From Armatimonadetes bacterium UBA5352 (GTDB taxonomy: Bacteria; Armatimonadota; Zipacnadia; Zipacnadales; UBA5352), in NCBI GenBank assembly GCA_002411015.1, contig DHPY01000074.1, forward strand, positions 4,126 to 68,125: DNA of 64,000 nt, written 5' to 3'. Below the pieces are notes generated by a model, which saw nothing but the letters and a program-made list of their open reading frames with translations, made no database searches and was not told the origin of the DNA. The first letter of the stretch is position 1; every line of letters begins with the position of its first letter. A program made the translations under genes and the position numbers. Of this stretch, positions 9,629 to 19,039 are shown piece by piece.

Positions 9629-10321
9629 TCAGCCGTCGGTCAGCCTCGTCTCGAGGTCCCGCACAATCGCCCGCATGGCCCGCAACGCGCCTTCGTACTC
9701 CGCGGCCTGGTGCAGAGGCAGCACCTCCGCTGCGTAGCGCCCGGCGATCTCGCGCTGCAGATCGGCCTCTGAGGTGGGCACGCGCAGCGAGCGGATCTCG
9801 TCGAAGCTCAGGTTCGGGGGGCCGACGCCGTTGATCAGCCGGTGGATCTGCCCCCAGCCGAAGCGCGTCTTCAGGAAGACTGCGACATAGTCCGGCTCGA
9901 TCCCCCGCAGGCGCACGAGGTCCACCCAGCAGTCAACCACCGCGGGCTCGTCGGCGTGGTAGACCGCCAGTCGGTTCCTCTCCAGCGAGCCGCTGCCCGA
10001 GCGCGCGATCAGCAGGTCGCCCCGCCGCACCATGCAGCGCTCCCGCGCCCAGGGCGAGTTCGGGGCGATGCGAGGGCACTCGCCAAGGTCCACGCCGCCG
10101 TGCCGCAGCGCCCCCTGGCCGAGCAGGAAGGGCCCGTGCGGGTCGGGAGGCGGCTCGCGGCCGGTGACGATCGCGCCGTAGGTGATCTGCTCGATGAACT
10201 CTCCCAGCGGCTCCAGCGGCGGCCGGCACCGGGCGAGCAGCCGATCGTATGCGGGGTGCCAGTAGCCGGGGTCGAGGCGCTCGATCAGGTCGGCGCTCTG
10301 GCGCTTGCGGACAACGAACAC
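9629..10321 (-). CDS. Type I restriction-modification specificity subunit (HsdS)-like protein, single target-recognition domain
   Basis: GTG start at 10321 (GAGGGAG 8 nt upstream) gives VFVVRKRQSADLIERLDPGYW... Contains GDLLIARSGSGS, ...VVDCWVDLVRLRG.IEPDYVAVFLKT..G..QI.RL.NGVGPPNLSFDEIRSLRVP and a C-terminal coiled helix. This is the TRD plus conserved-region pattern of Methylase_S. The upstream 360 aa of the 594-aa ORF overlap the opposite-strand NagB-like gene and are rejected. Confidence 0.7.
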   Translation of the reverse strand: MFVVRKRQSADLIERLDPGYWHPAYDRLLARCRPPLEPLGEFIEQITYGAIVTGREPPPDPHGPFLLGQGALRHGGVDLGECPRIAPNSPWARERCMVRRGDLLIARSGSGSLERNRLAVYHADEPAVVDCWVDLVRLRGIEPDYVAVFLKTRFGWGQIHRLINGVGPPNLSFDEIRSLRVPTSEADLQREIAGRYAAEVLPLHQAAEYEGALRAMRAIVRDLETRLTDG

Positions 10322-10432
10322 TGAGGGCGCTCCCTCGGTCTGTGGTGGGCTATCCAGGGAGGTCTTTCGCCGCCCGGGGCGAAGTCCCTTTGCATGACGT
10401 GGTTTCAGGATAGCTACAAGGAGGGCATACCG

Positions 10433-11353
10433 ATGGCTTTCATGCCGACGCCGGCGAAGTTCATTGACTTCCAGGACGCGAAGGAGTGCGCGCGCGTCCG
10501 CGCCATCACAAAGGAAGAGATCACGAAGCACAAGAACCCGGAGTTTCAGATTCGAATCGTTGAGGACCTCTCCGAGTTCTACGGCCGCTTTGCCACCGAT
10601 ATCGTCAGCCGCATCGTGGACGCGGCGGAGGAGGGGCGGCAGTGCGTCCTGATTCTCCCGGTCGGCCCCGTGCCGCAGTACGCGATCGCCGCGGAGATCA
10701 TCAACCGCCTGGAAGTGGACTGCGGCCATGTGATCACCTTCAACATGGACGAGTACGCGGACGAGAACGGCAAGACCGCTCCGGCTGAGTGGGAGGGCTC
10801 GTTCGTGACAGCGATGTGGGCCAACCTCTTCGGGCGCATCAATGAGGACCTGCGACCGAAGCAGGAGAACATTCACTTCCCGAACAGCGACAACATCAAC
10901 GACTACTCGAGGATGATCGCCGACACCGGCGGCGCCGACTGCTGCTACGGCGGCATCGGCTGGTGCGGGCATATCGCCTTCTGGGAGTCGAGCCTGGGGC
11001 ATGAGTTCGACACGATCGAGGACTACAAGGCCGCAACCGCGCGGATCGTAGAGCTCACCCCGATGACGATCATGCAGAACGCGCTGCACAGCTTCGGCGG
11101 GGACTGGTCGTGGGTGCCGCCGAAGGCCGCAACGATCGCTCCGGCGGACATCCTCGGCGCGAAGCACCGCAGCTTCTGGCTGGATGGCATGTGCGGCCCG
11201 GCGACGACGATGAGCTGGCAGCGGTTCATCGCCCGGCTGGTGGCGCATGGCCCGGTCAGCAAGTTCATCCCGGGCTCCATCCTGCAGGAGGCGCGGACGG
11301 ACTACACGATCCTCGGCGCCGTGGCGAATGATGTGAAGATCGGGATGTCGTAG
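10433..11353 (+). CDS. Glucosamine-6-phosphate deaminase/6-phosphogluconolactonase-family (NagB-like) protein
   Basis: ATG at 10433 is preceded by AAGGAGG. Contains ...CVLILPVGPVPQY...ITFNMDEY...GGIGWCGHIAFWE, matching the Glucosamine_iso fold pattern. Confidence 0.8.
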   Translation: MAFMPTPAKFIDFQDAKECARVRAITKEEITKHKNPEFQIRIVEDLSEFYGRFATDIVSRIVDAAEEGRQCVLILPVGPVPQYAIAAEIINRLEVDCGHVITFNMDEYADENGKTAPAEWEGSFVTAMWANLFGRINEDLRPKQENIHFPNSDNINDYSRMIADTGGADCCYGGIGWCGHIAFWESSLGHEFDTIEDYKAATARIVELTPMTIMQNALHSFGGDWSWVPPKAATIAPADILGAKHRSFWLDGMCGPATTMSWQRFIARLVAHGPVSKFIPGSILQEARTDYTILGAVANDVKIGMS

Positions 11354-11377
11354 GAGCTTCAGGCTCGAGGAACCACG

Positions 11378-11405
11378 GGCGGGCAGGGAGGCTTCCCTGC
11401 CCGCC
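11378..11405 (+). terminator. Stem-loop downstream of the NagB-like gene (putative terminator)
   Basis: The hairpin is ggcgggcaggga-ggct-tccctgcccgcc. It has a perfect 12-bp stem 25 nt after the stop. The U-tract is weak (gattg). Confidence 0.45.
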
Positions 11406-11441
11406 GATTGCATGAGTCGTGAGCCATCTGCCGTAAGCCGT

Positions 11442-11479
11442 GTCGTTCGTAGCGACGGGCATCCTGCCCGTCAGTCGTT
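11442..11479 (+). repeat. REP-like palindromic element
   Basis: The sequence is gtcgttcgtagcgacgggcatcctgcccgtcagtcgtt, with core hairpin gacgggca-tcc-tgcccgtc. It matches 21922-21959 at 36 of 38 positions. Confidence 0.7.
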
Positions 11480-11560
11480 TCTCATTGCCGTGGGGTAAGG
11501 CGCGCCAGCGCCTCAGGCCACCCGCCGATTGTGGATGGTGAGTGGAAACCATGTGCTATC

Positions 11561-11627
11561 GCGACGACTGACAGGCGAGGACGCCCGTCCTACAGCGACG
11601 ACTGACAGGCGAGGACGCCCGTCCTAC
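11561..11627 (-). repeat. Two tandem copies of a related REP-like element (inverse orientation)
   Basis: The 33-nt unit gcgacgactgacaggcgaggacgcccgtcctac occurs twice, separated by 1 nt. Its reverse complement (gtaggacgggcgtcctcgcctgtcagtcgtcgc) aligns with the 11442 and 21922 element. Confidence 0.7.
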
Positions 11628-11634
11628 CCACGGC

Positions 11635-12768
11635 CTACGGAATTCGCGTGCCGGAGTGCTTGGTGAGCGTGAACTCGAGGGCGCACTCGCCCTGCGCGGG
11701 AAGAGCCAGCGGGATGTGCGCGCGCCCATCCTTCAGCTCATACTCCGCAGCAGTGTCGATCTCCCACGTCTTCAGGACCGCCTCCTGCAGCTCCACCTCA
11801 AGCGCCTCGTCCACGTGGCTGCGAAGCTCGATCGAGTAGCGCTCAATCGCGTCGAAGCCGCTCACCGCGCCCACGCGGTCGAATTCGATGCGGGTCTTCT
11901 GACGCTCCAGCAGCCGGCGCTTCACCACGATGTCGCGCTCCTCGCCCATCGCGATCTCGAACGCCTCGCCGGGCTTGTAGGTGAGCGTGGTGCGCACGAT
12001 CCCACGGGGAGAGATGACGCTGAGCGCGCCGCTCGGTAGCGCGGTCCGCGCCAGCGCGCCCTCGGAGGGCGGCTGGACCTCCAGCAGCCGCGCCACCTTC
12101 TCGGGCGCGGCCTCACCATCAATGCGATGGATCGTCCAGACCGGAAGCTCCGTCGGTCGCAGGAACATCAGGCGGAGCGACGCAGTCTTCGGGAGGTCGG
12201 TCAGCTCGGGCAGCGGGTGCGTGGCCTGCTCCAGCCCGTCCGTGCTCGCGCCTGGACGGCCGAGGATCAGGGAGACTGTCATGTTGCGCAGGTCCATGCC
12301 CGTCCCGTTCGTGATCGTCACCCAGCCGCTGAGCAGCGCGGAGGGGCGGTCGGCGTTGGTCACGAGGCGGTAGTCGGGCACCCACTTCAGCCCGGAGAGC
12401 ATGAAGCTGGTGGTGAGCGGGTAGACGCCATCGCGCGGCGCGGTCACGCTCCACTGGTATGTCTTCGGCTGGCCCGCGGGCTGGCTGACTTCGCCGATTG
12501 TGAGCCCGCGATCGCCCTGGAGGCGAATCGAGGCTGCATCGAGGCTGTCGGTCGCCCACTGGAACGCGACGGTGTTGGCGCCCTGGCTCAGTCGCACCGC
12601 GGACTGCTGCTTCACGACCGCCTGCGCGGAGTCCCTGTAGATGGTCACCTCGGTCGGGCCCGGTTGCGCGATCTGCTGGAGCATTGGCGCGCACAGCGCC
12701 ATCCCTGAGGTGAGCCCGACGAGCGCCAGCGCGACGACGCAGGTCCACGACAGTCGTCCCATCATCAT
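11635..12768 (-). CDS. DUF4139-domain (MuiA-like) secreted protein
   Basis: Signal peptide MMMGRLSWTCVVALALVGLTSGMALCAP. Has VTIYRDSAQAVVKQQSAVRLSQGANTVAF (DUF4140-like) and SGWVTITNGTGMDLRNMTVSLILGRP (DUF4139-like signature). Confidence 0.7.
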   Translation of the reverse strand: MMMGRLSWTCVVALALVGLTSGMALCAPMLQQIAQPGPTEVTIYRDSAQAVVKQQSAVRLSQGANTVAFQWATDSLDAASIRLQGDRGLTIGEVSQPAGQPKTYQWSVTAPRDGVYPLTTSFMLSGLKWVPDYRLVTNADRPSALLSGWVTITNGTGMDLRNMTVSLILGRPGASTDGLEQATHPLPELTDLPKTASLRLMFLRPTELPVWTIHRIDGEAAPEKVARLLEVQPPSEGALARTALPSGALSVISPRGIVRTTLTYKPGEAFEIAMGEERDIVVKRRLLERQKTRIEFDRVGAVSGFDAIERYSIELRSHVDEALEVELQEAVLKTWEIDTAAEYELKDGRAHIPLALPAQGECALEFTLTKHSGTRIP

Positions 12769-12807
12769 TCCCGCTCCAGTCTCCGAACCCGGATGAACTC
12801 GCCTGGA

Positions 12808-15579
12808 TCAGCGCACGGCCAGCCTGCCTGTAAGGGTCGCGCCACGCGCACCCTCCACGGTGACCCGGACGAGATGATCGCCCTTCGGCAGCGGCCCGGA
12901 CTCCTCCCACGTCACCACAGCCTCGCCGCCCGGCTCGAGCAGCGCTGTCTTCGCCGCCGGATAGGCCCCCGCCTCCATGATCGCGCAGTGAACGCGCGTC
13001 TCGACGGCGCGTTCGGGGTCGAGGTTGCGCAGCGTAGCATTGACCCGCCACGGCGCACCGTAGTCCTGATCCACCGGCTTCACCGACATCAGCGCCACGG
13101 GCAGGCCCGCGTCCGGCAGCACCGTGACGGGCAGCGGCCGCTCGACCTGGCGGCTCGCATCGCCATCCAGCGCCCGGAGCGATGCCCGTAACTCCGCCGG
13201 GCCTGCCGCACGATCCTGCGGCCACCAGATGAACGACAGCTCGCGGTTGCCCTCGGCCGGCACCGTCACCTCGTGCGACTCCGGCGCTATACGGCCCGAG
13301 GGCGCGAGCGGACGCACCTGCGCGCGGCGCTCGACCGGACCGGAGTTGCACGCCCGGAACTTGAGGGTCACACAGCCCCCGGGCAGGACTACCGGGCGGT
13401 CGCTCAGGACGCTCAGATCGAACTGCTCGGGCGACTGCGCCGAGGTCGCGAGCTTCCGGCGCGTATCGGCGGGCCAGTCCCAGGTGCAGCCGGTGGCCAT
13501 CACACTGACGACCTCGAACGCCTGCCGCTCCAGCAGCGCGTCCTCGGGAGCGGCGAACCAGGCGCGGCCCTCCTCATCGGCGGAGGCGGATCGCACGACC
13601 TCCCGGTCGCCCCACCAGCGGCCGGTGACGCGGGCGGTAGGGACCGGCTCGCCGGTCGAGTCAACAACACGCACCGAGGCGCCCGTGATGCCCTCGCGCG
13701 TCTCCAACGCAAGCTCGGAGATGTGCGCGAGGCGGTGCTCCTCGGGCTTCTGCAGACGCACCCGGCGAAGCTCACCGAGGCGGTCCAGCTCCCACCGATC
13801 GTCGAAATAGTCGGCCTCGACGAAGTAGGCAGCCTCGTAGCAGGTCACTGGCGGCTTGTTGTTGACGTTCAGGACGAACGGGAGCTGCGCCTGGTCATTG
13901 TTGAAGATCAGGTAATCCGGGTAGCCCCACGGGAGCTTCTCGAGGTCGTACGCGAGGAGTTGCGGCACCTGGCTCTCGGGTTGCGTGAAGACACGGCGGT
14001 TGGCGATGATCAGGTGCGTGGTGAAGTCGGTGAGCGGGTTCGGGACGCAGAGCATCGCGCCGAACTGCTCACCCATGTAGCGGCGGTCGCCGCTCAGCTG
14101 ATCGCTCACGATGACGCCGTCGCTCAGCACCCGGACAGGGAAAGGCCGGATAGAGTCGGCGAGGCGCAGGAGTGAGCTTGTGTCGAGAGTGCCGAAGACC
14201 ACGAGCGTGTGCGATTCGAGATCATCGGGATGCAGGTCGCCCTCCGGCTGCGCGACGATCCCTGTGCCATGCACGAAGAAGGCGTTCCAGTCCTTCGCGA
14301 ACTGCTCGGCCTCAAGGCGATGGCGGGCAACCTCCTCGGGCGGACCGTCGCTGCCCCAGACGACCGTGAAGGGCCGCAAGAAGGCGTCGCCGATCGGGCC
14401 GGAGAGCCCCGGGCGCTTCACGAGCCCGCTGCAGGTGGCGTTAGCCGCGGGCTCGGCATGCCAGCCGATCAGCGCGCCGGACTGGTCGCGCTCGGCGCTC
14501 AGGGCGAGCGTGACAGGCGGGCCTTCATAGCATGGGAAGCCGTCGGCGTAGATGCGCACGCTCTCGCGCTCGGCCAGTGGGCTGGCGGTGAGGAAGAGCG
14601 TGAAGCCGGATAGGTTGCCGGTGGTGGTCGCGACCACGTCATCGCTGGCGGTCACACGCAGAGTGCCGCTCATGCCGTCAACGTGGAAGTCCTCTATGCG
14701 GGCCCAGTAGAGCTCACCGTGCGGCAGGATCGTCGTCTGGATGGTGAAGGTCCGCGGCTCGCGCACGCGCCGGCGGCCGCGGAAGAAGTCGTAGATCGCC
14801 TCATAGTCCGTGCCCGCGCCGTGGCCGAGGGTGGGATTTGAGATGATGCGCTGATCGTAGCCGGGCGGCGCGGCCAGGCTCAGCTCGCGGAGGCGCTCGT
14901 AGAGGCGAAAGCCGTTCTCGGGCCAGACTGTGGTGTCGCTGCCGTCAACGATGTGCCCGGTGGCGCCAAGCTCGCCGCGCTCGGCCCAGTAGAGCGGCGA
15001 CGATGCCTGCAGGAGCGGTCGGCGGAACTCCTCGATCTGCTCGACCGCGTCGGTGCGCGCGTACCAGTGCTTGTGCCAGAGGCGGAAGTCGGTCCAGCCG
15101 TCCACGCCCATGACCGCCGCGAAGACGTCCGGGTGGCGGAGGCCGTGGCGGAGCGCGCCGGTGCCGCCCATCGAGCCGCCGGTCATGTAGATGCGATCGC
15201 GGTCGAGGCCGAAGCGCTCGCAGGCGTCCTCGACCACCCGCAGCGTCTCGTAGTCGCCCACGCCCTCGTAGAACGTTGGCCCGCGCGCGTTGAGGTGGAT
15301 CAGCACCCATCCATGCGCGTCGGCCCACTGCGTCTGGAACTCGCTGAAGCGCGTGCCGACCGACCAGCCGTAGCCGTGGCCGTGGAGGACGGCCGGGAAG
15401 CCCGCTTCGCTCGCGGGAGGCGTCGAGGGCAGGTAAGCCCCGTAGGCCTGCAGCGAGTCGTCGATCGGCGAGCGGTACTGCACGACCCGCACGATGCCCT
15501 CAGCAGTGCTTACCGCCGGCAATGCGAGCGCTATGCACAGGGCCAGCAGGCTGCTGGCGATCAGTCGGGCACGACTCAT
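12808..15579 (-). CDS. Secreted alpha/beta-hydrolase (S9/esterase-like) with a long beta-rich C-terminal extension
   Basis: Signal peptide MSRARLIASSLLALCIALALPAVSTAEG. Nucleophile elbow MTGGSMGGTGAL. The C-terminal ~600 aa contain CarboxypepD_reg/CARDB-like stretches. Its start overlaps the upstream stop (ATGA). Confidence 0.85.
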   Translation of the reverse strand: MSRARLIASSLLALCIALALPAVSTAEGIVRVVQYRSPIDDSLQAYGAYLPSTPPASEAGFPAVLHGHGYGWSVGTRFSEFQTQWADAHGWVLIHLNARGPTFYEGVGDYETLRVVEDACERFGLDRDRIYMTGGSMGGTGALRHGLRHPDVFAAVMGVDGWTDFRLWHKHWYARTDAVEQIEEFRRPLLQASSPLYWAERGELGATGHIVDGSDTTVWPENGFRLYERLRELSLAAPPGYDQRIISNPTLGHGAGTDYEAIYDFFRGRRRVREPRTFTIQTTILPHGELYWARIEDFHVDGMSGTLRVTASDDVVATTTGNLSGFTLFLTASPLAERESVRIYADGFPCYEGPPVTLALSAERDQSGALIGWHAEPAANATCSGLVKRPGLSGPIGDAFLRPFTVVWGSDGPPEEVARHRLEAEQFAKDWNAFFVHGTGIVAQPEGDLHPDDLESHTLVVFGTLDTSSLLRLADSIRPFPVRVLSDGVIVSDQLSGDRRYMGEQFGAMLCVPNPLTDFTTHLIIANRRVFTQPESQVPQLLAYDLEKLPWGYPDYLIFNNDQAQLPFVLNVNNKPPVTCYEAAYFVEADYFDDRWELDRLGELRRVRLQKPEEHRLAHISELALETREGITGASVRVVDSTGEPVPTARVTGRWWGDREVVRSASADEEGRAWFAAPEDALLERQAFEVVSVMATGCTWDWPADTRRKLATSAQSPEQFDLSVLSDRPVVLPGGCVTLKFRACNSGPVERRAQVRPLAPSGRIAPESHEVTVPAEGNRELSFIWWPQDRAAGPAELRASLRALDGDASRQVERPLPVTVLPDAGLPVALMSVKPVDQDYGAPWRVNATLRNLDPERAVETRVHCAIMEAGAYPAAKTALLEPGGEAVVTWEESGPLPKGDHLVRVTVEGARGATLTGRLAVR

Positions 15580-17768
15580 CCGACGGCCCCTTCCTGTCTG
15601 TCGCCCGGCGCGAAGATCAGGTCCCTCAGGCGCGCAAGAGCCTGCTCGGTGCGATCCGCCATCGTCTCAGGCGGCGGCTGTGCGCCGAAACGTGCCTGCG
15701 CATAGGCGCTGGTGAGCAACGAGAGATCCTCCGCGAGCAGCGGGCGCTCCTGCGCCACCAATCGGTGGAACTCCCATGGCGCGGCCACCTGCGGTCGCTC
15801 GATGCCCTCACCCGCCAGCCAGCGGAGTGCCTGGCGGTAGGCGTAGATGACGCGCTCCTCAGCGCCCGCGCCGGAGCGCAGCGGGCGGAGGCGCCTGCGA
15901 TACCAGCGGTAGCCGAGCAACCCTCCTGCCACCGCGGCTGCAAGCAGCAGTGCCATGGCCAGACTGAGGAGGAGGTTCGCCCGAAGCCAGCGTCCGGCCT
16001 TCAGCAGCCCCGTGCCGATTCGGCCGAGGGCGTCGGTCAGACCCTCGGTGACGGTCTCCGGCTCAGTGTCCGATGGCGTGGGGTCGAAGTCCACCCAGCC
16101 GCTGTCGGGCAGGTAGACCTCGGCCCAGGCGTGGGCGTCCTGATCGCGGATCTCGAAGTGCTGCTCCTCAGGGATCCACTCGCCCGCGGTGAAGCCCGTG
16201 GCGAGGCGCGAGGGCACGCCCGCGATGCGCATCATGACGACCATCGCGGAGGCGTAGTGGTTGCACCAGCCGCGCCTGCCCACGAAGAGGAAGTGGTCCA
16301 CGTAGTCCACGCCCTCGGGCAGCGGCGGGGTCTCGAGGTCGTACTCGTAGGTGGTGCGCAGGTAGTTCTCGATGGCGATGGCGATCTCCACCGGGCGTCC
16401 GGAGGTATCGGCGACAATCCGCTCGGTGAGATGTCGCACGCGGTCTGTGACATCGTCGGGAAGCTGCAGGGCGTGCTCAAGGTCCACTCTCGGAGGCGGC
16501 GGGGCGCCCTCGGGAGCCGTGAGTGCCGATGGTGTGGCGGCGAGCACCTCGTAGGTGTCGCCGGGGCCGAGGTAGCCGTTGAAGAGCACCATCCCCGAGC
16601 GGTCGTAGCGGATCGACGGGGTGCTCAGCGTCAGTTCCCGCGGACACCACGGTACCGGCAGCGTCCCGATGAAGCTGTATCGCGGTGTGATGCGGACGCG
16701 CATCTCCTCGGTGACGAGGCTCGAGAGCCCGAAGGTCTCCGGCGGCGGCAGTTCCCACGGCCCCGGCGGCCTGCGCAGCCGCACCCACTCACGCTTGCTC
16801 TGCTCCCACTCGCGTCCGAGGTAGATGTCGTACGCGGTTGTCCGGATCTTCAGCGGGCTCTCACTTTCGACGATCAGCATGAGCTGGTCGCGCGGCTCGG
16901 GCGCGCCCTCAGTCAGGCTCAGGGAGCGGGTGAGGCCGTATGGCATGTAGCGTTCGCCGATCATGAGTCGGGCGATTCGCCACGCGAGCTGCCTGCGCAT
17001 CCACTGGCCGACGGGGTTCGATGGCTCGATCCGGGCTGCCACGCCCGCGATGATCGTGGCCGTGATGGCAGCCGCGACGAGCAGGCTGACCCATGAGTTG
17101 AGCCTGGGCCGCCAGCGTCCGCCGCTGACGCTTGCTGGAGCGATCACCTCGTCTATGTCATCGGCGCGGTGGGTGGCATGCTCGCCCGCCAGCATCGCAA
17201 GCGTGCCGGCCACCACGAGGGCGGTGCCGACGAAGGCGATCGGCGTCGGGGCGGCGATCAGCAGCAGCAGCAGGCCAGAGATGGCGGGAAGCGCGGTCAG
17301 GGTAAGGTCGCGTACGCTGCGAATTGCGAAAGCGCGGAAGACCATCACCCAGTAGAACAGGCCGACGAGGGTGCGGTAGCTCAGCACGAGACCTGAGGCG
17401 GCCCGCCCGCCGGTGAAGATGCCCATCCGCCACTCGATGATGCCGAGTATCAGGGCCAGGAGGAAGCTCGCCTGGTTCACCCAGAAGCGCGGGAAGGTGC
17501 TGAAGTGCAGCCGCCAGACAACCGGGAATGCGAACGCGACGAGCACTATCATCTCCAGCAGCAGGAACTCGCTGCTGAGCAGGGCGGAGGCGGCGAGCAG
17601 CGCGCCCGCCATCGTGAGCCAGCAGGCGCCCATGAGCAGGAGCCAGCGACGCCGCTCCTCAGGGGTAGCCTTCGGCGGCGAGTGCGGGTGCGGGAGGGCG
17701 CGACGCTGCTCAAGTCGGTGCCTCAGACGACTGAGCAACGGCTGTCGGAGACGCTCGGTGGCGGCCAT
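15576..17768 (-). CDS. Transglutaminase-domain membrane protein (TgpA-like: DUF3488 + TGase core + DUF4129-like tail)
   Basis: Multi-TM N-terminus. TGase core is GRRGWCNHYASAMVVMMRIAGVPSRLATGF...DAHAWAEVYLPDSGWVDFDPT. ATGA overlaps at both ends. Confidence 0.9.
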   Translation of the reverse strand: MAATERLRQPLLSRLRHRLEQRRALPHPHSPPKATPEERRRWLLLMGACWLTMAGALLAASALLSSEFLLLEMIVLVAFAFPVVWRLHFSTFPRFWVNQASFLLALILGIIEWRMGIFTGGRAASGLVLSYRTLVGLFYWVMVFRAFAIRSVRDLTLTALPAISGLLLLLIAAPTPIAFVGTALVVAGTLAMLAGEHATHRADDIDEVIAPASVSGGRWRPRLNSWVSLLVAAAITATIIAGVAARIEPSNPVGQWMRRQLAWRIARLMIGERYMPYGLTRSLSLTEGAPEPRDQLMLIVESESPLKIRTTAYDIYLGREWEQSKREWVRLRRPPGPWELPPPETFGLSSLVTEEMRVRITPRYSFIGTLPVPWCPRELTLSTPSIRYDRSGMVLFNGYLGPGDTYEVLAATPSALTAPEGAPPPPRVDLEHALQLPDDVTDRVRHLTERIVADTSGRPVEIAIAIENYLRTTYEYDLETPPLPEGVDYVDHFLFVGRRGWCNHYASAMVVMMRIAGVPSRLATGFTAGEWIPEEQHFEIRDQDAHAWAEVYLPDSGWVDFDPTPSDTEPETVTEGLTDALGRIGTGLLKAGRWLRANLLLSLAMALLLAAAVAGGLLGYRWYRRRLRPLRSGAGAEERVIYAYRQALRWLAGEGIERPQVAAPWEFHRLVAQERPLLAEDLSLLTSAYAQARFGAQPPPETMADRTEQALARLRDLIFAPGDRQEGAVG

Positions 17769-19018
17769 CAGGCCACCCCCGCTCGATCAGCGGCCCCGGG
17801 ACCGGAGGCCGCAGCGAGCGCTTCCTTGAGGCTTGCCGGAGAGCGCAGCAATCCCACTGCCATCCCCGCGGCTCGCGCGGCCTGCATGGTGGCGCGCGGA
17901 CGCTCCACAAAGCGCTGGTCCGCGCTCTGCAGGTCGCCCTCCACGATCAGCAGCGTCACCGAACCCGCTCCGGACCTGACGCTGGAGATGGCCTGTACGA
18001 GGCCCTCCTCGGCACCGGTGGTAATGATGAAGACCGAGGCGCCGCGCGGCACCTGGCGAAGCCCGGCGGGCAGTGAGGCGATGAAAAGCTCCCGCGAGGG
18101 CTGCGCCTCCGCGAGTGCGACCATGATCCGCTGCAGGTGCGCCTGCCCGACGCCCGGGCGAGCGACACCCGGCGGCAGGCCCCGGCCGATCACCGCCACT
18201 GAGCGCTGCTCGGCAAGACCCGCGCGCGCCAGCGAGGCGGCGGCTGAGATGGCGGTCTCCAGCGTGGAGGTGGCGCCTGCGCCGTAGTGCGCGTCGGCGC
18301 CAAGATCGAGGTGGATCGAGATGACGTCGTGGCGGATCGGCTCGTACTCCTTGACCGCAAGCTCGCCGACGTGCGCGGTGACTTTCCAGTGGACATGGCG
18401 CAGGTCATCGCCGGGGGTGTGCTCACGAATGCCGCGGAACTCGCCGCGATCGCGCCTCGCGTCGCGCCCGCGGGAGAAGAAGCGGCCGAACCCGGTCTCC
18501 CACGCGCCGACCCGTGGGACATCGTAGGTGCGCGGGAAGACGACGAGGTCAAACGCCTCACCGCGCGCTGAACGGCTCTGGAACATGCCGAGCGGATCGC
18601 TGTCAATCAGCAACGCCGGACCAAGCCTGTAGCGGCCGCGCGCCGGCGGGCGCAGCTCGACCTCCAGCCCCACGCTGGAAGCGGGCGGAAGCGGCGGCAG
18701 CAGCAGCCGCTGCGCAACCTCCACGCCGGGCACCGTCAGGTTGGTCGCGGTCAATTCGACCACGGCGCCGACGGTAATGCTGCCGACGGAGGTGACGGTC
18801 AGGGAGGGGCGGATGGCGGCGCCGGCCACTGAGCGGCGGGCGGGCAGGTGCATCTCCACCTGCAGGCGCGTCATCGCGAGCTGCGAGAGCAGGAATGCGG
18901 CGAGGATGACTGCTGCGCAGACGCCGGCCAGCACGTACATGACGGTGGCGTCATTCATCAGCCCGACGGTGGCGAAGATCACCGCGGCGAAGCTGAAGAT
19001 GCGCAGGTTGCGGCTCAT
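17768..19018 (-). CDS. DUF58-domain protein
   Basis: Two N-terminal TM helices, then GEFRGIREHTPGDDLRHVHWKVTAHVGELAVKEYEP, the canonical DUF58 motif. Positioned directly after MoxR. Confidence 0.9.
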   Translation of the reverse strand: MSRNLRIFSFAAVIFATVGLMNDATVMYVLAGVCAAVILAAFLLSQLAMTRLQVEMHLPARRSVAGAAIRPSLTVTSVGSITVGAVVELTATNLTVPGVEVAQRLLLPPLPPASSVGLEVELRPPARGRYRLGPALLIDSDPLGMFQSRSARGEAFDLVVFPRTYDVPRVGAWETGFGRFFSRGRDARRDRGEFRGIREHTPGDDLRHVHWKVTAHVGELAVKEYEPIRHDVISIHLDLGADAHYGAGATSTLETAISAAASLARAGLAEQRSVAVIGRGLPPGVARPGVGQAHLQRIMVALAEAQPSRELFIASLPAGLRQVPRGASVFIITTGAEEGLVQAISSVRSGAGSVTLLIVEGDLQSADQRFVERPRATMQAARAAGMAVGLLRSPASLKEALAAASGPGAADRAGVA

Positions 19019-19039
19019 GAGGCAGACCTCTTGCGGTGC

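Noticed and set aside
10322-11413. N-terminal ~360 aa of the 594-aa ORF 9629-11413
   Set aside because: It is antisense to the NagB-like gene and has biased Arg/Asp/His composition. The HsdS-like homology begins only at the GTG at 10321, which has its own RBS.
11561-11627. Direct repeats as a possible CRISPR array
   Set aside because: There are only two abutting copies with a 1-nt junction and no spacers. The unit is homologous to dispersed REP-like hairpins, and no cas genes are in the window.
12119-17096. Long alternative-frame ORFs (12119-13351, 410 aa; 13273-14175, 300 aa; 15522-17096, 524 aa)
   Set aside because: They overlap well-supported DUF4139, hydrolase and transglutaminase genes on the same or opposite strand. 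The composition is Arg/Gly/Ala-biased.
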